Positions 20,195-30,048 of a DNA stretch of 64,000 nt are shown piece after piece (the first letter of the stretch is position 1; each line of letters starts with the position of its first letter). The notes under the pieces were generated by a model that saw only the letters and a list, made by a program, of their open reading frames with translations, was not told the DNA's origin and did no database searches. This DNA comes from Acidobacteriota bacterium. GTDB lineage: Bacteria; Acidobacteriota; UBA6911; RPQK01; JAPXNP01. Location: assembly GCA_020350445.1 (NCBI GenBank), contig CP070717.1:3793904-3857903 (forward strand), read 5' to 3'. The position numbers were made by a program, and so were the translations under genes.

Positions 20195-21148
20195 ATGTTG
20201 AACAAAATCGGATTGATTGGCGGCGGCAATATTGGCGGCGTGCTGGCACAAGAACTAACCCGGCGGCGTTTGTCGAAATCGGTCGGGTTGATGGATATCA
20301 AGGGACCCGATCTGGCCAAGGGGAAATGTTTGGATATCGCAGAGGGGACCCCGCTGATCGGGAGCGATATCGAGTGTGAAGGCTCCAAGGGCTACGAGGT
20401 CCTCGCCGGTGCCGAGATTGTCATAAATACAGCGGGTGTTCCCCGGACCAAGCGTCCGGACGGATCGATCCCGACGCGTGAGGAACTGCTGGCGACGAAT
20501 CTGAAGATCACCGATCAGGTTGCTGATGGGATCCGTCAGAACTGTCCGGATGCAATCGTCATTTCCGTTGCCAATCCGCTGGATGCGATCGTCTACCGGC
20601 TCTATCAGAATCTGCAGCCTCCGAAGAGCCGGCTGCTGGGAATGGCCGGAGCGCTGGACTCCTCCCGTTACCGCTATTTCGTGGCCAAGGCCGCGGGTGT
20701 TTCCGTGGAGAATGTCGAAGCGATGGTCCTGGGCGGCCATGGCGACACTATGGTCCCAATTCGGAGTTGCTGTCGAATCGCCGGGATGCCGGTTGAGAAG
20801 TTCGTCGGAGCAGAGGAACTGCAGGCTATCGAGTCGCGGACCCGGAAAGCGGGCGGTGAAGTGGTCGGCCTGCTGGGAGTAGGGTCGGCTTTCGTATCGC
20901 CGGCCTTGTCAGCACTCGAGATGGTGGAAGCCATCGTCTTCGACAAGAAGAAGATTATCCCGTGCTGTGTCCTGCTCGAAGGCGAATATGGGGTCGATGG
21001 CCTCTTTGTTGGGGTTCCGGCGCTTCTGGGGAGTGCCGGAGTCGAGAAGATCCTCGAGGTCGAGATGACGGATGTCGAGCAGGAGGGATTCAACCGCTCC
21101 GTAGCCGCGGTTCAATCGACCGTCGATGAGGTCAGCGCGTTGAGCTAG
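20195..21148 (+). CDS. mdh: Malate dehydrogenase (LDH-like, NAD-dependent)
   Basis: MLNKIGLIGGGNIGG Rossmann N-terminus preceded by an AGGAGG RBS, plus ITNPLD-like VANPLD and a catalytic His region. The listed ORF's first 23 codons are probably not translated. Confidence 0.85.
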   Translation: MLNKIGLIGGGNIGGVLAQELTRRRLSKSVGLMDIKGPDLAKGKCLDIAEGTPLIGSDIECEGSKGYEVLAGAEIVINTAGVPRTKRPDGSIPTREELLATNLKITDQVADGIRQNCPDAIVISVANPLDAIVYRLYQNLQPPKSRLLGMAGALDSSRYRYFVAKAAGVSVENVEAMVLGGHGDTMVPIRSCCRIAGMPVEKFVGAEELQAIESRTRKAGGEVVGLLGVGSAFVSPALSALEMVEAIVFDKKKIIPCCVLLEGEYGVDGLFVGVPALLGSAGVEKILEVEMTDVEQEGFNRSVAAVQSTVDEVSALS

Positions 21149-21250
21149 AGAATATCCGCGTTTCGGCTGAGCCGAAGGCGGCAAGATCTGAGCGCTCCGG
21201 ATTTCGATGCAGTCCGGGGCGCTTTTCTTTTTACTGGGAATGGGGGAAGG

Positions 21251-21568
21251 CTACTCTTCGATGATGACTGCGGTGCCGTACACCATCAGTTCTGCCGCAC
21301 CAGACATCACTTCCGACGTGGCAAATCGAGTGCAGACAATAGCGTTGGCGCCGAGTTTCTCTGCCTCATCAACCATGCGGTCAATGGCTTGTTCGCGGGC
21401 TTCGGCCAGAAGCTTGACATACTCGTGAATCTCTCCTCCGACGACATTTCGGAACCCTGCGAGGATATCTTTTCCCAGGTGTCGCGCCCGAATCGTGTTT
21501 CCACGGACCAGACCCAGGGTCTTGACTATCTTTTTTCCAGGGATTTCGTCACTTGTGACAATGATCAT
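21251..21568 (-). CDS. YbjQ/UPF0145-family protein
   Basis: 105 aa with the typical YbjQ pattern (MIIVTS…IPG…VRGNTIRARHLGKDILAG). Confidence 0.7.
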   Translation of the reverse strand: MIIVTSDEIPGKKIVKTLGLVRGNTIRARHLGKDILAGFRNVVGGEIHEYVKLLAEAREQAIDRMVDEAEKLGANAIVCTRFATSEVMSGAAELMVYGTAVIIEE

Positions 21569-21999
21569 CTGATGACTCCTCGGTAGCGGTCATGTTGGCG
21601 TTCGCGGAGGCGTTCGAAAAGCACCGAAAGGAAGATGAGTCCGAAGCCCAGGAAGAGGCCGAACACCAGGATCTTCTCGAACAGGGGTTCTGTGGGTGAG
21701 GTGGCAAACTGAAAGGCACCGTAACCGACTGTAACGACTGCCCAGACAATGAGAACGAGCCAGCCGATGCTGCGAGTCCCTTTCTCCAGAATCGTGGTCT
21801 CCATCGAATTCCACTCCTGTAGCGTTGGTTGCTGCATTTCGAGTTCGCGCGTTGCTTCTTTGGCGAGCTTTAATTCATCAAGTACATCACTGCAGATGGC
21901 ACAGTCCGTTAGGTGTAACTCAACGAACTGGACCTGCTGCTGGGTCAGTTCTCGATCAAGGTAACCGGAAAGGTAGATCTCAATTTCTTCGCATTTCAT
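21565..21999 (-). CDS. Membrane-anchored anti-sigma factor, zf-HC2 type
   Basis: N-terminal CEEIEIYLSGYLD…HLTDCAICSD zinc-finger pattern followed by one TM helix. Overlaps the ECF sigma gene by 4 bp upstream and ybjQ by 4 bp downstream. Confidence 0.55.
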   Translation of the reverse strand: MKCEEIEIYLSGYLDRELTQQQVQFVELHLTDCAICSDVLDELKLAKEATRELEMQQPTLQEWNSMETTILEKGTRSIGWLVLIVWAVVTVGYGAFQFATSPTEPLFEKILVFGLFLGFGLIFLSVLFERLRERQHDRYRGVIR

Positions 22000-22583
22000 G
22001 ACTTCGTAATCCCCAATGCCGCAATCAGGTTCTTCCGAGCATGATGCAGTCGGGACATCACGGTCCCCAGGGGTATATCCAGGATCTCAGCGATTTCCAG
22101 GTAGCTGTGTCCCTGGTAGTCCTTGAGGAAGATAATCTCCCGTTGGTTTTCGTTGAGGCTTTGAAGGGCCGTCCAAATCTCGTTTCGGAGAACCTGCTGG
22201 ACCGCCTTGCCCGATGACTTGGGATCCGCCAGATAGTCCGGCAGCCCATCGGCAGAAACGCGTTTCTGCCTGCGCAGATGATCGATCGACAGATTCCTGA
22301 CAATGGTCAGAAGCCAGGGCCCAAAGCTGCGTTTCAAGTCGAACTTGCCCAGGTTCTGGTAAGCCTTGATGAACGCATCCTGCACGATATCCTTCGCATC
22401 TTCGTAGTTCTGCAGGTATTGATAGGCGAGGGCAAAAGCCCGGCCACGATGCTGCGTAAAGATTTCGGCATAAGCGCTGGTCTGTCCTTCAAGAACTCTT
22501 TCCAGGATCTCAACCTCCATTTCTTCTTTGGTTCTGGTTGGCATATGTCCTACGTTCCATCTGTTGAGATTATTCAGCGCCAC
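21996..22583 (-). CDS. ECF-subfamily RNA polymerase sigma-70 factor
   Basis: Region 2 (IVQDAFIKAYQNLGKF…WLLTIVRNLSIDHLRR) and region 4 HTH (HSYLEIAEILDIPLGTVMSRLHHARKNL). Confidence 0.8.
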   Translation of the reverse strand: MALNNLNRWNVGHMPTRTKEEMEVEILERVLEGQTSAYAEIFTQHRGRAFALAYQYLQNYEDAKDIVQDAFIKAYQNLGKFDLKRSFGPWLLTIVRNLSIDHLRRQKRVSADGLPDYLADPKSSGKAVQQVLRNEIWTALQSLNENQREIIFLKDYQGHSYLEIAEILDIPLGTVMSRLHHARKNLIAALGITKS

Positions 22584-22642
22584 GAAGATGATAATCGAGA
22601 ACGGGACTCAGGGCGAGTTTTAACTGGGTGGCTGGCGTCGGA

Positions 22643-24433
22643 TCAAAGGGGCCAGATGATCGGGATAAAGATGCTGGCCACGATCCAGAGAAGTACATTC
22701 AGAGGGATGCCGACTTTGAGGAAGTCGGCAAACTTGTAGCGCCCCGGGCCATATACCATCAGGTTCGTGTGGTAGCCGAATGGGGTGAACAGAGAAGATG
22801 AAGCGGCAAACGTGATCGCCATCAAGAAGGGCATCGGATCGACGTGGAGTTCATGAGCGGAGGCGACACCGATCGGTACGAGCAGAATCACTGCTGCATT
22901 GTGTGACATGATTCCGGCAAAGAGCGTGGAGAGCAAATAGAAGATCGGTATGATCACGATCACCCCGAGGAGATCGGTCAAACCCAGGAGGCCCTGGGCA
23001 ACGAATTCGGCGGTGCCGGTCTTTTCCATCACCACGCCGAGCGGGATGACTCCGGCCAGAAGGAAGATGACGAACCAGTCAATCGCATCGTAAGCGTCCT
23101 GCAGGCTGATACAACCGGTCAGGACCATGAGGAGACAGCCGACAATTGCCGAGACGAGGATCGGGGAGATCCCGAAGGCAGCCGAAGCCACAACCCCGGC
23201 AACAATCAGGAAGGCGCACATCGCTCGGTCACTCTTGACCCTGGGTAAATCCTTCTCCTGCAGGGTCAGGAAATCATTCGAGGCATTGAGTCGCTCGATT
23301 AGACCCTTGCGGCCCTGTAGAAGCAGCGTGTCTCCCCCTTCCAGGGGAATCTCACCGAGTTTGTCCCGGATAGTCCCTCCCGGCTTTCGAATGGCCAGGA
23401 CGAAGGCCCCGTAGCGATTTCTAAAATCCGCCTTCTTGAGCGTCGAGCCTGCGAGACGTGAGGTCGGTGAGATGATTCCCTCGGCCAGGACCCGCTCATC
23501 GGCCGTGAGATCCTTTTCCCCATACTTTGTCTCAGAGCGGATAGAGAGCCCCTCGAAGGTATTGAAGTCGATGATGCTTTGAATCCCGCCCTGGATAAGT
23601 AGAATGTCGCCTTCCTTCAACCTTGCCTCAGGAATGCCGCATGACAAGCGCAGTTCCCCGCGGACAATGTCGAGGATCGTGACGTCATAACGATCGCGAA
23701 TCTGGGCCTCTTTGGCCGTTCGTCCGATCAAAGGGGATTTCGGCTCAACGGTAACCCGGGTCAGATAGTTGCCAATGCTGTATTTCTGGGTCAGGTCTTT
23801 CGGATCGACGCGCTCAGGAAGCACGTTGCGGGCGTAGAAGTAGAGGTAGAGCATTCCGACCGCAAAAAAGATGATCCCGAGCTTCGATAACTCGAACATT
23901 GCGAATTCGCCCAGCCCATGGTCGGCTGCCATCGAACTGACAAGAATGTTGGTCGAAGTACCGATCAGCGTGCAGGTTCCGCCGACAATCGAGGCGAATG
24001 AGACGGGAATCAGGAGTTTCGATGGGCTGATCTTCTGCTGTTTGGAGATCGTCAGAGTAATCGGAATGAAAACTGCGACCGCCGCAGCATTGTTGATAAA
24101 GGCGGAGATTGTCCCCACGATCAACATCAGCAGTACGAACATCAGGTTTCGACTCGAACTTCCGAATCGCATCAACCGCTGGGTGACCCAATTGATCGCG
24201 CCGGTCTTCAGCAGGCCCGCACTCAAGATGAACATGGCGGCAATGGTGACGGTGGCCTTGTTGGCGAAACCAGATATCGCCTCTCCAGCATCGGGGAAGT
24301 TAGGCCGGATCAACCCGATAACCATGAGCAGGCCCATCACGAGCAGGGCGACGAGGTCTGCCCGAAATTTCTCTGAAGCAAAGGCAACCAGGGCCGCAAC
24401 AACGATAACGATGACCAGGATGATGTCAAGCAT
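22643..24433 (-). CDS. DASS/SLC13-family anion transporter with two internal TrkA-C (RCK_C) domains
   Basis: N- and C-terminal permease halves (about 5-6 TM each) flank two soluble RCK_C-like segments. Start placed at MLDIILVIV. Divergent from dsrA. Confidence 0.75.
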   Translation of the reverse strand: MLDIILVIVIVVAALVAFASEKFRADLVALLVMGLLMVIGLIRPNFPDAGEAISGFANKATVTIAAMFILSAGLLKTGAINWVTQRLMRFGSSSRNLMFVLLMLIVGTISAFINNAAAVAVFIPITLTISKQQKISPSKLLIPVSFASIVGGTCTLIGTSTNILVSSMAADHGLGEFAMFELSKLGIIFFAVGMLYLYFYARNVLPERVDPKDLTQKYSIGNYLTRVTVEPKSPLIGRTAKEAQIRDRYDVTILDIVRGELRLSCGIPEARLKEGDILLIQGGIQSIIDFNTFEGLSIRSETKYGEKDLTADERVLAEGIISPTSRLAGSTLKKADFRNRYGAFVLAIRKPGGTIRDKLGEIPLEGGDTLLLQGRKGLIERLNASNDFLTLQEKDLPRVKSDRAMCAFLIVAGVVASAAFGISPILVSAIVGCLLMVLTGCISLQDAYDAIDWFVIFLLAGVIPLGVVMEKTGTAEFVAQGLLGLTDLLGVIVIIPIFYLLSTLFAGIMSHNAAVILLVPIGVASAHELHVDPMPFLMAITFAASSSLFTPFGYHTNLMVYGPGRYKFADFLKVGIPLNVLLWIVASIFIPIIWPL

Positions 24434-24778
24434 GTGCTTCCTCAATACCGATTAACTCAGGTGTCGAGAACCGCTGCGACTTTCAATCTCCGCTGCCAAC
24501 GGATCAACCATCCAAACAGATCCTTCTCTCCTGCACATTGATGACCGGAATCGAATCTCTCATGAAATTCCGCCAGGTAAAAGCGAAAAGTAGTTAAGAA
24601 CACGTTCGATGGAAAGCCAAAGTACGAGCCAGGAAAGCTATCAAGAGTAAATGCATATTCATGGATAACTTGTTCTTTGTGGTAATTCACCCAGTGATTG
24701 AGTCTATTGCCCCATGGGGGTTCCGGCCCGGTTTTCGGGATTCGGGGCTTTCGAGCGACCTGTCCAAAGGACCTGAAA

Positions 24779-24788
24779 TTGCATGCAA
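24779..24788. promoter_or_regulatory. Perfect 10-bp palindrome TTGCATGCAA about 105 bp upstream of dsrA, a candidate operator
   Basis: Read directly from the dsrA / DASS-transporter divergent intergenic region. Confidence 0.25.
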
Positions 24789-24892
24789 AATGCTTTTGGT
24801 ATGCGCTTTCTCCGTAAACGGAGGGGCAACGGTGTAAGTTTCGAAATATAGGGTTTTTCTAACCGGGCACAGGAAAGGAGCGAGGTGCGTCT

Positions 24893-26074
24893 ATGAGCCA
24901 GAAGGAACGGAAAACACCCTTGGTAGACGAGCTTGAGAAGGGGCCTTGGCCAAGTTTTGTCAAGGAAATCAAGAGCGTCGACAACCCCAAGGCGAAGGAT
25001 CTCCTGGGGGTGCTTGAGCGGTCCTACCAGGACAAGATCGGGCACTGGAAACATGGCGGACTGGTCGGAGTCATGGGATACGGCGGAGGCGTCATTGGTC
25101 GGTACAATGATCTTCCTGACGAGTATCCAAACGTCGCTGAGTTTCATACCCTGCGTGTAAATCAGCCCTCGGGTTGGTTTTACACGTCAGATGTACTTAG
25201 AAAACTTTGCGATATCTGGGAAGAGCATGGCTCCGGAATCACCAATATGCATGGTTCAACCGGTGACATCATCTTCCTGGGTTGTTCAACCGAAGAGCTG
25301 GAACCGACCTTTGCAGCATTGACAGAGCTGGGATTTGACCTCGGGGGCTCGGGGTCATGTATGCGGACTCCGAGTTGTTGCGCCGGGATGGCGCGCTGTG
25401 AGTGGGCCTGTTACGACACCATGGGGCTTACCCATGACCTGACAATGGAGTACCAGGACGAGCTGCACCGGCCGCCGTTTCCCTACAAGTTCAAGTTCAA
25501 GATGGCAGGTTGCCCGAATGACTGCGTCGCATCGGTGGCGCGGGCAGATCTGTCGATCATCGGGACTTGGAGGGATGAGATCCAGATTGATCAGGAGGCT
25601 GTCAGGGAGTACGCCAACTCCTCGGAATTGAACGTACTCGAAGATGTCGTTGAGCGCTGTCCGACCGGGTGCATGAGGTACAACGGACAGCTCGAGATTG
25701 ACGACGAGAACTGTGTGAAGTGCATGCACTGCATCAATGTGATGCCGAAGGCACTGGCTCCGGGCAAGGAGCGCGGAGCAACCATTCTGATCGGATCGAA
25801 GGCGCCGATTATTGGTGGTGCGCTGCTCTCGTCGGTACTGGTTCCTTTCCTGGAGATGGAGCCCCCGTACGAAGACCTCAAGGAGCTGATCGAGGCAATC
25901 TGGGATCTCTGGGCTGAACATGGCAAGAACCGTGAGAGAGTTGGGGAATTCATCCAGAGGGTTGGCCTGGGCAACTTCTGCGATGAAATCGGACTGGACG
26001 TGGCACCAGAGATGGTCATCCAGCCGCGTACCAACCCCTACATCTTTTACGAAATGGACACTGCGGATTATTGA
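24893..26074 (+). CDS. dsrA: Dissimilatory sulfite reductase alpha subunit
   Basis: 393 aa with siroheme/[4Fe-4S] Cys clusters and a ferredoxin-like insert ([12 protein letters not shown]). Directly followed by dsrB and dsrD. Confidence 0.9.
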   Translation: MSQKERKTPLVDELEKGPWPSFVKEIKSVDNPKAKDLLGVLERSYQDKIGHWKHGGLVGVMGYGGGVIGRYNDLPDEYPNVAEFHTLRVNQPSGWFYTSDVLRKLCDIWEEHGSGITNMHGSTGDIIFLGCSTEELEPTFAALTELGFDLGGSGSCMRTPSCCAGMARCEWACYDTMGLTHDLTMEYQDELHRPPFPYKFKFKMAGCPNDCVASVARADLSIIGTWRDEIQIDQEAVREYANSSELNVLEDVVERCPTGCMRYNGQLEIDDENCVKCMHCINVMPKALAPGKERGATILIGSKAPIIGGALLSSVLVPFLEMEPPYEDLKELIEAIWDLWAEHGKNRERVGEFIQRVGLGNFCDEIGLDVAPEMVIQPRTNPYIFYEMDTADY

Positions 26075-26109
26075 CCGGTAGGTCAGTTGATCTGAAAGGA
26101 GAAGATGCC

Positions 26110-27195
26110 ATGTCGACTAGCGTGAAGAAGAGAGTTACCGATATCGGCCCCCCGCATTACGAACAGTTCCTGCCTCCGGTGATCAAGGAGAATTACGGAA
26201 AGTGGAAGTACCATGAGGTGTTGAAGCCCGGCGTCCTGGTTCACACCGCCGAGTCAGGGGAAAAACTCTATTCGGTTCGGGCGGCGACACCACGCCTGGC
26301 CAGCATCCATTCGATTCGACTGTTCGCCGATCTGGCGGACGAGTTCTCGGACGGCTATCTGCGCTATACGAGCCGGAACAACGTGGAATTCCTGCTGACG
26401 GATCCCGACAAGATTGATCCGCTGATCGCGAAGCTGGGTGCTGAAGGCTATCCGGTCGGCGGAGTCGGTGCGGCGATCAGTAACCCTGTCCACACGCAGG
26501 GATGGATCCACTGCCACTCGGCTGCTTCAGATGCTTCGGGGGTCGTGAAGGCCCTCATGGATGAGCTTTGCGATTACTTCACCGGCCAGAAGTTGCCCGC
26601 CAAACTGCGACTGGCCTTTGCCTGTTGTCTGAACATGTGCGGAGCTGTCCACTGTTCGGATATCGCTGTACTCGGAGTTCACCGACGGGTTCCGAAGATC
26701 AATCATGAAACGATTCGGACCCAGTGTGAGATTCCGACGACGGTATCGGCCTGCCCGACGGGCGCGATCCGGCCCACGAGCGTCAATGGAAAGCAGTCGG
26801 TTGAAGTGGTTGAAGAACAGTGCATGTTCTGTGCGAACTGCTACACCGTTTGCCCTTCGATGACCTTGAACGATCCGGAAATGGACGGGGTATCGATTTG
26901 GGTTGGCGGCAAGGTCAGCAATGCCCGGCACGAGCCGATGTTCTCGAAGTTGGCGATCCCATACCTCCCGAACAATCCGCCTCGGTGGCCCGAGGTAGTC
27001 GATGCGGTCAAGCACCTCGTCGAGATCTATGCCGCTAATGCCCGAAGGTACGAACGCATGGGCGAGTGGATTGAACGGATTGGATGGCCGAAGTTCTTCG
27101 AAATGACAGATCTCGAGTTCACGAAGTACCACATCGATGACTTCAGTCATGCCGGTTTGTCTTTTCGGACGTCACTTCACTTCAGGCATCAATAG
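26110..27195 (+). CDS. dsrB: Dissimilatory sulfite reductase beta subunit
   Basis: Start at MSTSVKKR with a GGAGAAG RBS. Cys clusters ([25 protein letters not shown]) typical of DsrB. Confidence 0.9.
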   Translation: MSTSVKKRVTDIGPPHYEQFLPPVIKENYGKWKYHEVLKPGVLVHTAESGEKLYSVRAATPRLASIHSIRLFADLADEFSDGYLRYTSRNNVEFLLTDPDKIDPLIAKLGAEGYPVGGVGAAISNPVHTQGWIHCHSAASDASGVVKALMDELCDYFTGQKLPAKLRLAFACCLNMCGAVHCSDIAVLGVHRRVPKINHETIRTQCEIPTTVSACPTGAIRPTSVNGKQSVEVVEEQCMFCANCYTVCPSMTLNDPEMDGVSIWVGGKVSNARHEPMFSKLAIPYLPNNPPRWPEVVDAVKHLVEIYAANARRYERMGEWIERIGWPKFFEMTDLEFTKYHIDDFSHAGLSFRTSLHFRHQ

Positions 27196-27204
27196 GGAGA
27201 GGAA

Positions 27205-27444
27205 ATGAGCCAAGAGGTAGGTGTCGAAGAAGTCGCTGAGGCGATGTTTGACCTGGTCAAGCAGACCCATGGGAAGAAGAACCTGAAGCCGATGGATCTG
27301 ATTAAGGCGATGATCCAGAAGTTCGGCGATGACCGGTGCTCTAAACCACTCTGTAAAAAGGCCATTCGGGAACTGATCGACGGTGGACGATGTATCTACT
27401 CTTACATTGGGGGAAGTTACGTCACTCTGCCACCAGAGGAGTAG
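27205..27444 (+). CDS. dsrD: DsrD (small winged-helix protein of reductive-type dsr operons)
   Basis: 79 aa, Lys-rich helix-turn-helix plus C-terminal …CIYSYIGGSYVTL resembling the DsrD YWSSGSTTMYGL wing. It sits 9 bp after dsrB. Confidence 0.8.
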   Translation: MSQEVGVEEVAEAMFDLVKQTHGKKNLKPMDLIKAMIQKFGDDRCSKPLCKKAIRELIDGGRCIYSYIGGSYVTLPPEE

Positions 27445-27590
27445 ATCTGTGGCCTGCCTGTGAATTGCAGGGAGGGTGGCGCCGGGGCTCGCGGGGTGTC
27501 TCGAACAGGGGCGCCTGAAGAATCAGCGAAGCCGGGTGCCGCCCGATCTGTGGATTCGGAGCGGGCCGGGACCTACCGTGCGTTCTGTTC

Positions 27591-28976
27591 ATGACCATGC
27601 CAGTAGCACAGTCGCCTAATACACCTCGGATCATCGTGGCCGGACTCGGCGGAGACAGTGGAAAGACCCTGGTCTCAATCGGAATCTGCCGGGCCCTGGT
27701 TGAACGGGGGATGACCGTTTCGGGCTTTAAGAAGGGACCCGATTTCATCGATTCCGGATGGCTCCAGAAAGCCACTCGCCGTCCGGGCCGAAACCTGGAT
27801 ACCTTCCTAATGTCGGCCGAGGCGATCCGGACTTCGCTGGCTCGTGAAGCGGAGCGCTCGGATGTATCCGTCATCGAAGGGAACCGGGGACTCTTCGATG
27901 GCTTCGACTCATCCGGAACGCATTCGACAGCTGAATTGGCGAGAGTGACCCAGACCCCTTGTGTACTGGTCGTTGATGTCACCAAGGTGACCCGGACCGT
28001 GGCCGCCCTGGTGAAGGGTTGTCTGATCCTGGAGCCGGATGTGCCCCTGGCGGCCGTCATTCTCAATCGGGTCGCGACCGCCCGCCAGGAAAGGGTTATT
28101 CGGGAGTCACTTCAGCAGAGCGTCGGAATCCCCGTGGTGGGTGCGCTTCCTCGGCTGGATCGAGAGTATCTGCCGGGCCGGCATCTTGGCCTGCTGACAG
28201 CTGCTGAGCACCCCCAGGTTGAAGAAGTGCTCGACTTCATTGCCGCAACCATCCGGTCTTCGGTGGATCTCGATGCTGTCCTGAAGGTAGGTGCCTCAGC
28301 CAGGTCCTGGCCAGTCGTTGCGAGTCCCGGGTACCAGAAGAAACCCGCAAGTGTCAGGATCGGCGTTCTACAGGACGCGGCGTTTTCCTTCTACTACCCC
28401 GAGAACCTTGAGGCCCTCGAGCGGGAGGGGGCGATACTTCAGCCGGTCTCACCCCTCGGTGAAAGCGAGTTTCCCCAGCTTGACGGACTCTATGCCGGCG
28501 GGGGATTTCCCGAGGTTTATGCCGAGGCGCTGGCGGGGAATACCGGGTTTCGAGAAGGCCTTCGGCGGGCCTTGGCCGACGGGCTGCCGGTGTGGGCGGA
28601 ATGTGGTGGGTTGATTTACCTCTCCGAGGGCCTGCGGCTCGGGTCCCACTCGGTTCCGATGGCTCAGGCCCTGCCGGTCCATGTGGAGCAGTTGCCCAGG
28701 CCTCAGGGCCATGGCTACGTGGAGGGGGTCATCGATCGCGAGGACCGTCTCTTTGAACTGGGAGAGCATTTGCGGGGGCATGAATTTCATTACACCCGGA
28801 TCTGTGAGGGCAGTGCACGGCTGGCAACGGTCATGGATTTGAGTCGGGGTACTGGGATCGGAGCGGGTCGGGATGGCATTCGATGCGGATCTGTCTTTGC
28901 CTCCTATACGCACCTGCATGCTTTGAGTTCCGACAGATGGGCGCAGCGACTGGTGGCTGCGGCCGGAGGAAGATGA
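27591..28976 (+). CDS. dsrN: DsrN (cobyrinic acid a,c-diamide synthase homolog, proposed siroheme amidase)
   Basis: CbiA/CobB architecture: N-terminal ATPase (VAGLGGDSGKTLVS) plus C-terminal glutamine amidotransferase (WAECGGLIYLS). Located in the dsr operon. Confidence 0.8.
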   Translation: MTMPVAQSPNTPRIIVAGLGGDSGKTLVSIGICRALVERGMTVSGFKKGPDFIDSGWLQKATRRPGRNLDTFLMSAEAIRTSLAREAERSDVSVIEGNRGLFDGFDSSGTHSTAELARVTQTPCVLVVDVTKVTRTVAALVKGCLILEPDVPLAAVILNRVATARQERVIRESLQQSVGIPVVGALPRLDREYLPGRHLGLLTAAEHPQVEEVLDFIAATIRSSVDLDAVLKVGASARSWPVVASPGYQKKPASVRIGVLQDAAFSFYYPENLEALEREGAILQPVSPLGESEFPQLDGLYAGGGFPEVYAEALAGNTGFREGLRRALADGLPVWAECGGLIYLSEGLRLGSHSVPMAQALPVHVEQLPRPQGHGYVEGVIDREDRLFELGEHLRGHEFHYTRICEGSARLATVMDLSRGTGIGAGRDGIRCGSVFASYTHLHALSSDRWAQRLVAAAGGR

Positions 28977-29443
28977 TGAGTTTGCGCCAGCGTTTCATCG
29001 ATAGTTTTGATCGAGGCAAGAATGGGGATCTCGGCGATTTCGTCCGGTTGATCTCAAAGGAACCGGCGGTCGTCAGACACCTGTTAGGCATGACCTATCA
29101 CCCCGATCGCTCTAATCGGGAACTGGCGATCCGCGGACTGGGAATCGCGGCGAAACACCATCCCGAACTCGTTCAGGAGGTCATTCGCCGGCTGGTCTGG
29201 GCGATGAATGATGAGTCTGGAACCAATGGTTTGACGGCTCCAGACGTTCTCTGCGCAGTCGCTCGGGAGATGCCCGAGATTCTGCTGCCGTTTATTGCCG
29301 ATTTGAGCCGCCTGGCAGGAGATCCCGGCCTGCACAACGGGTTGAAGGCGCTCCTTCGCCAGATTTCCGAGGCGTTTCCTGGTGAGGTTGGACAGCGAAT
29401 GGGGAAGGAGTTGAGTCGGGGAAGAAGGAGGATCTCTCGATGA
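28972..29443 (+). CDS. Hypothetical HEAT-repeat (PBS-lyase-like) protein, translationally coupled to dsrN
   Basis: Start ATGATG overlaps the dsrN stop. Repeated alpha-helical RxLxxLGI-type HEAT units. The listed ORF's upstream extension lies inside dsrN and is probably not coding. Confidence 0.4.
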
Positions 29444-30009
29444 GCCGGTTGAGGGAACGTGTCAACTTGGAGAAGTGCCGCCAACTGGCTGAGGCCAATC
29501 CCGATTCCGCCGGGGCCCATCTCAGGCTGGGAACCGCACTGATGAAGGTGGGATTTGCCGGCAAGGCCGAGGCTTCGCTGGCTCGTGCTGTGGAGCTGGA
29601 TCCGACCTGCATCCAGGGCTGGGTCAACCTCGGAGGACTGCGGCTGGGCCGTTGGGATTTTCAGGGTTGTATCGAGGCAAATCGACGGGCTTTGGAACAG
29701 CAGCCCGATCTCGTTGAGGCTCTGTTCAATAAGGGCCTGGGGCATCTGTACGCCGGAGATACCGAGGCCATGTTGGATTGTTTTCGTCGGGTTGTGGAGT
29801 TGGATCCGGGCCGCGGCGGCGGCCAGTACTTTCTGGCTGTTGGGTTGCTGGCGACCGGTGACATAGCGGGTGCCGAGGAGCACCTGGGTCGGGCCGTCGG
29901 GCTGGGATATTCGCCCCATCCCGACTTCGTGAAGGCCATGGAGCGTGTTGCGAGGGAAGACTCGGTGACGGTCTTGGAGTTCGGTCCCGAGTCGAAACAT
30001 TCGGCGTGA
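29440..30009 (+). CDS. TPR-repeat protein
   Basis: Four to five TPR-like units (AHLRLGTALMKVGFAGKAEASLARAVELDP …). ATGA overlap with the preceding ORF. Confidence 0.55.
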   Translation: MSRLRERVNLEKCRQLAEANPDSAGAHLRLGTALMKVGFAGKAEASLARAVELDPTCIQGWVNLGGLRLGRWDFQGCIEANRRALEQQPDLVEALFNKGLGHLYAGDTEAMLDCFRRVVELDPGRGGGQYFLAVGLLATGDIAGAEEHLGRAVGLGYSPHPDFVKAMERVAREDSVTVLEFGPESKHSA

Positions 30010-30048
30010 CCAATCCACGCCGGGGTTTAGGAGAAAAGGAGAATAGTT

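Noticed and set aside
18781-20388. N-terminal 144 codons of the listed 535-aa ORF for the M20 peptidase
   Set aside because: The region upstream of the internal Met (MEKTASRV…) is Pro-rich nonsense with no M20 homology. The M20 domain begins at the internal Met, which yields a typical ~390-aa enzyme.
24457-25147. ORFs 24457-24690 and 24704-25147 in the dsrA / DASS-transporter divergent intergenic region
   Set aside because: They overlap a probable promoter region and the 5' end of dsrA, have no RBS or family resemblance, and have atypical composition. I treat them as non-coding.
27445-27590. Possible terminator or attenuator hairpins between dsrD and dsrN
   Set aside because: The GC-rich partial inverted repeats (CCTGC…GCAGG and GGCGCC…GGCGCC) are short and not followed by a T-run. 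I cannot call a terminator with confidence.
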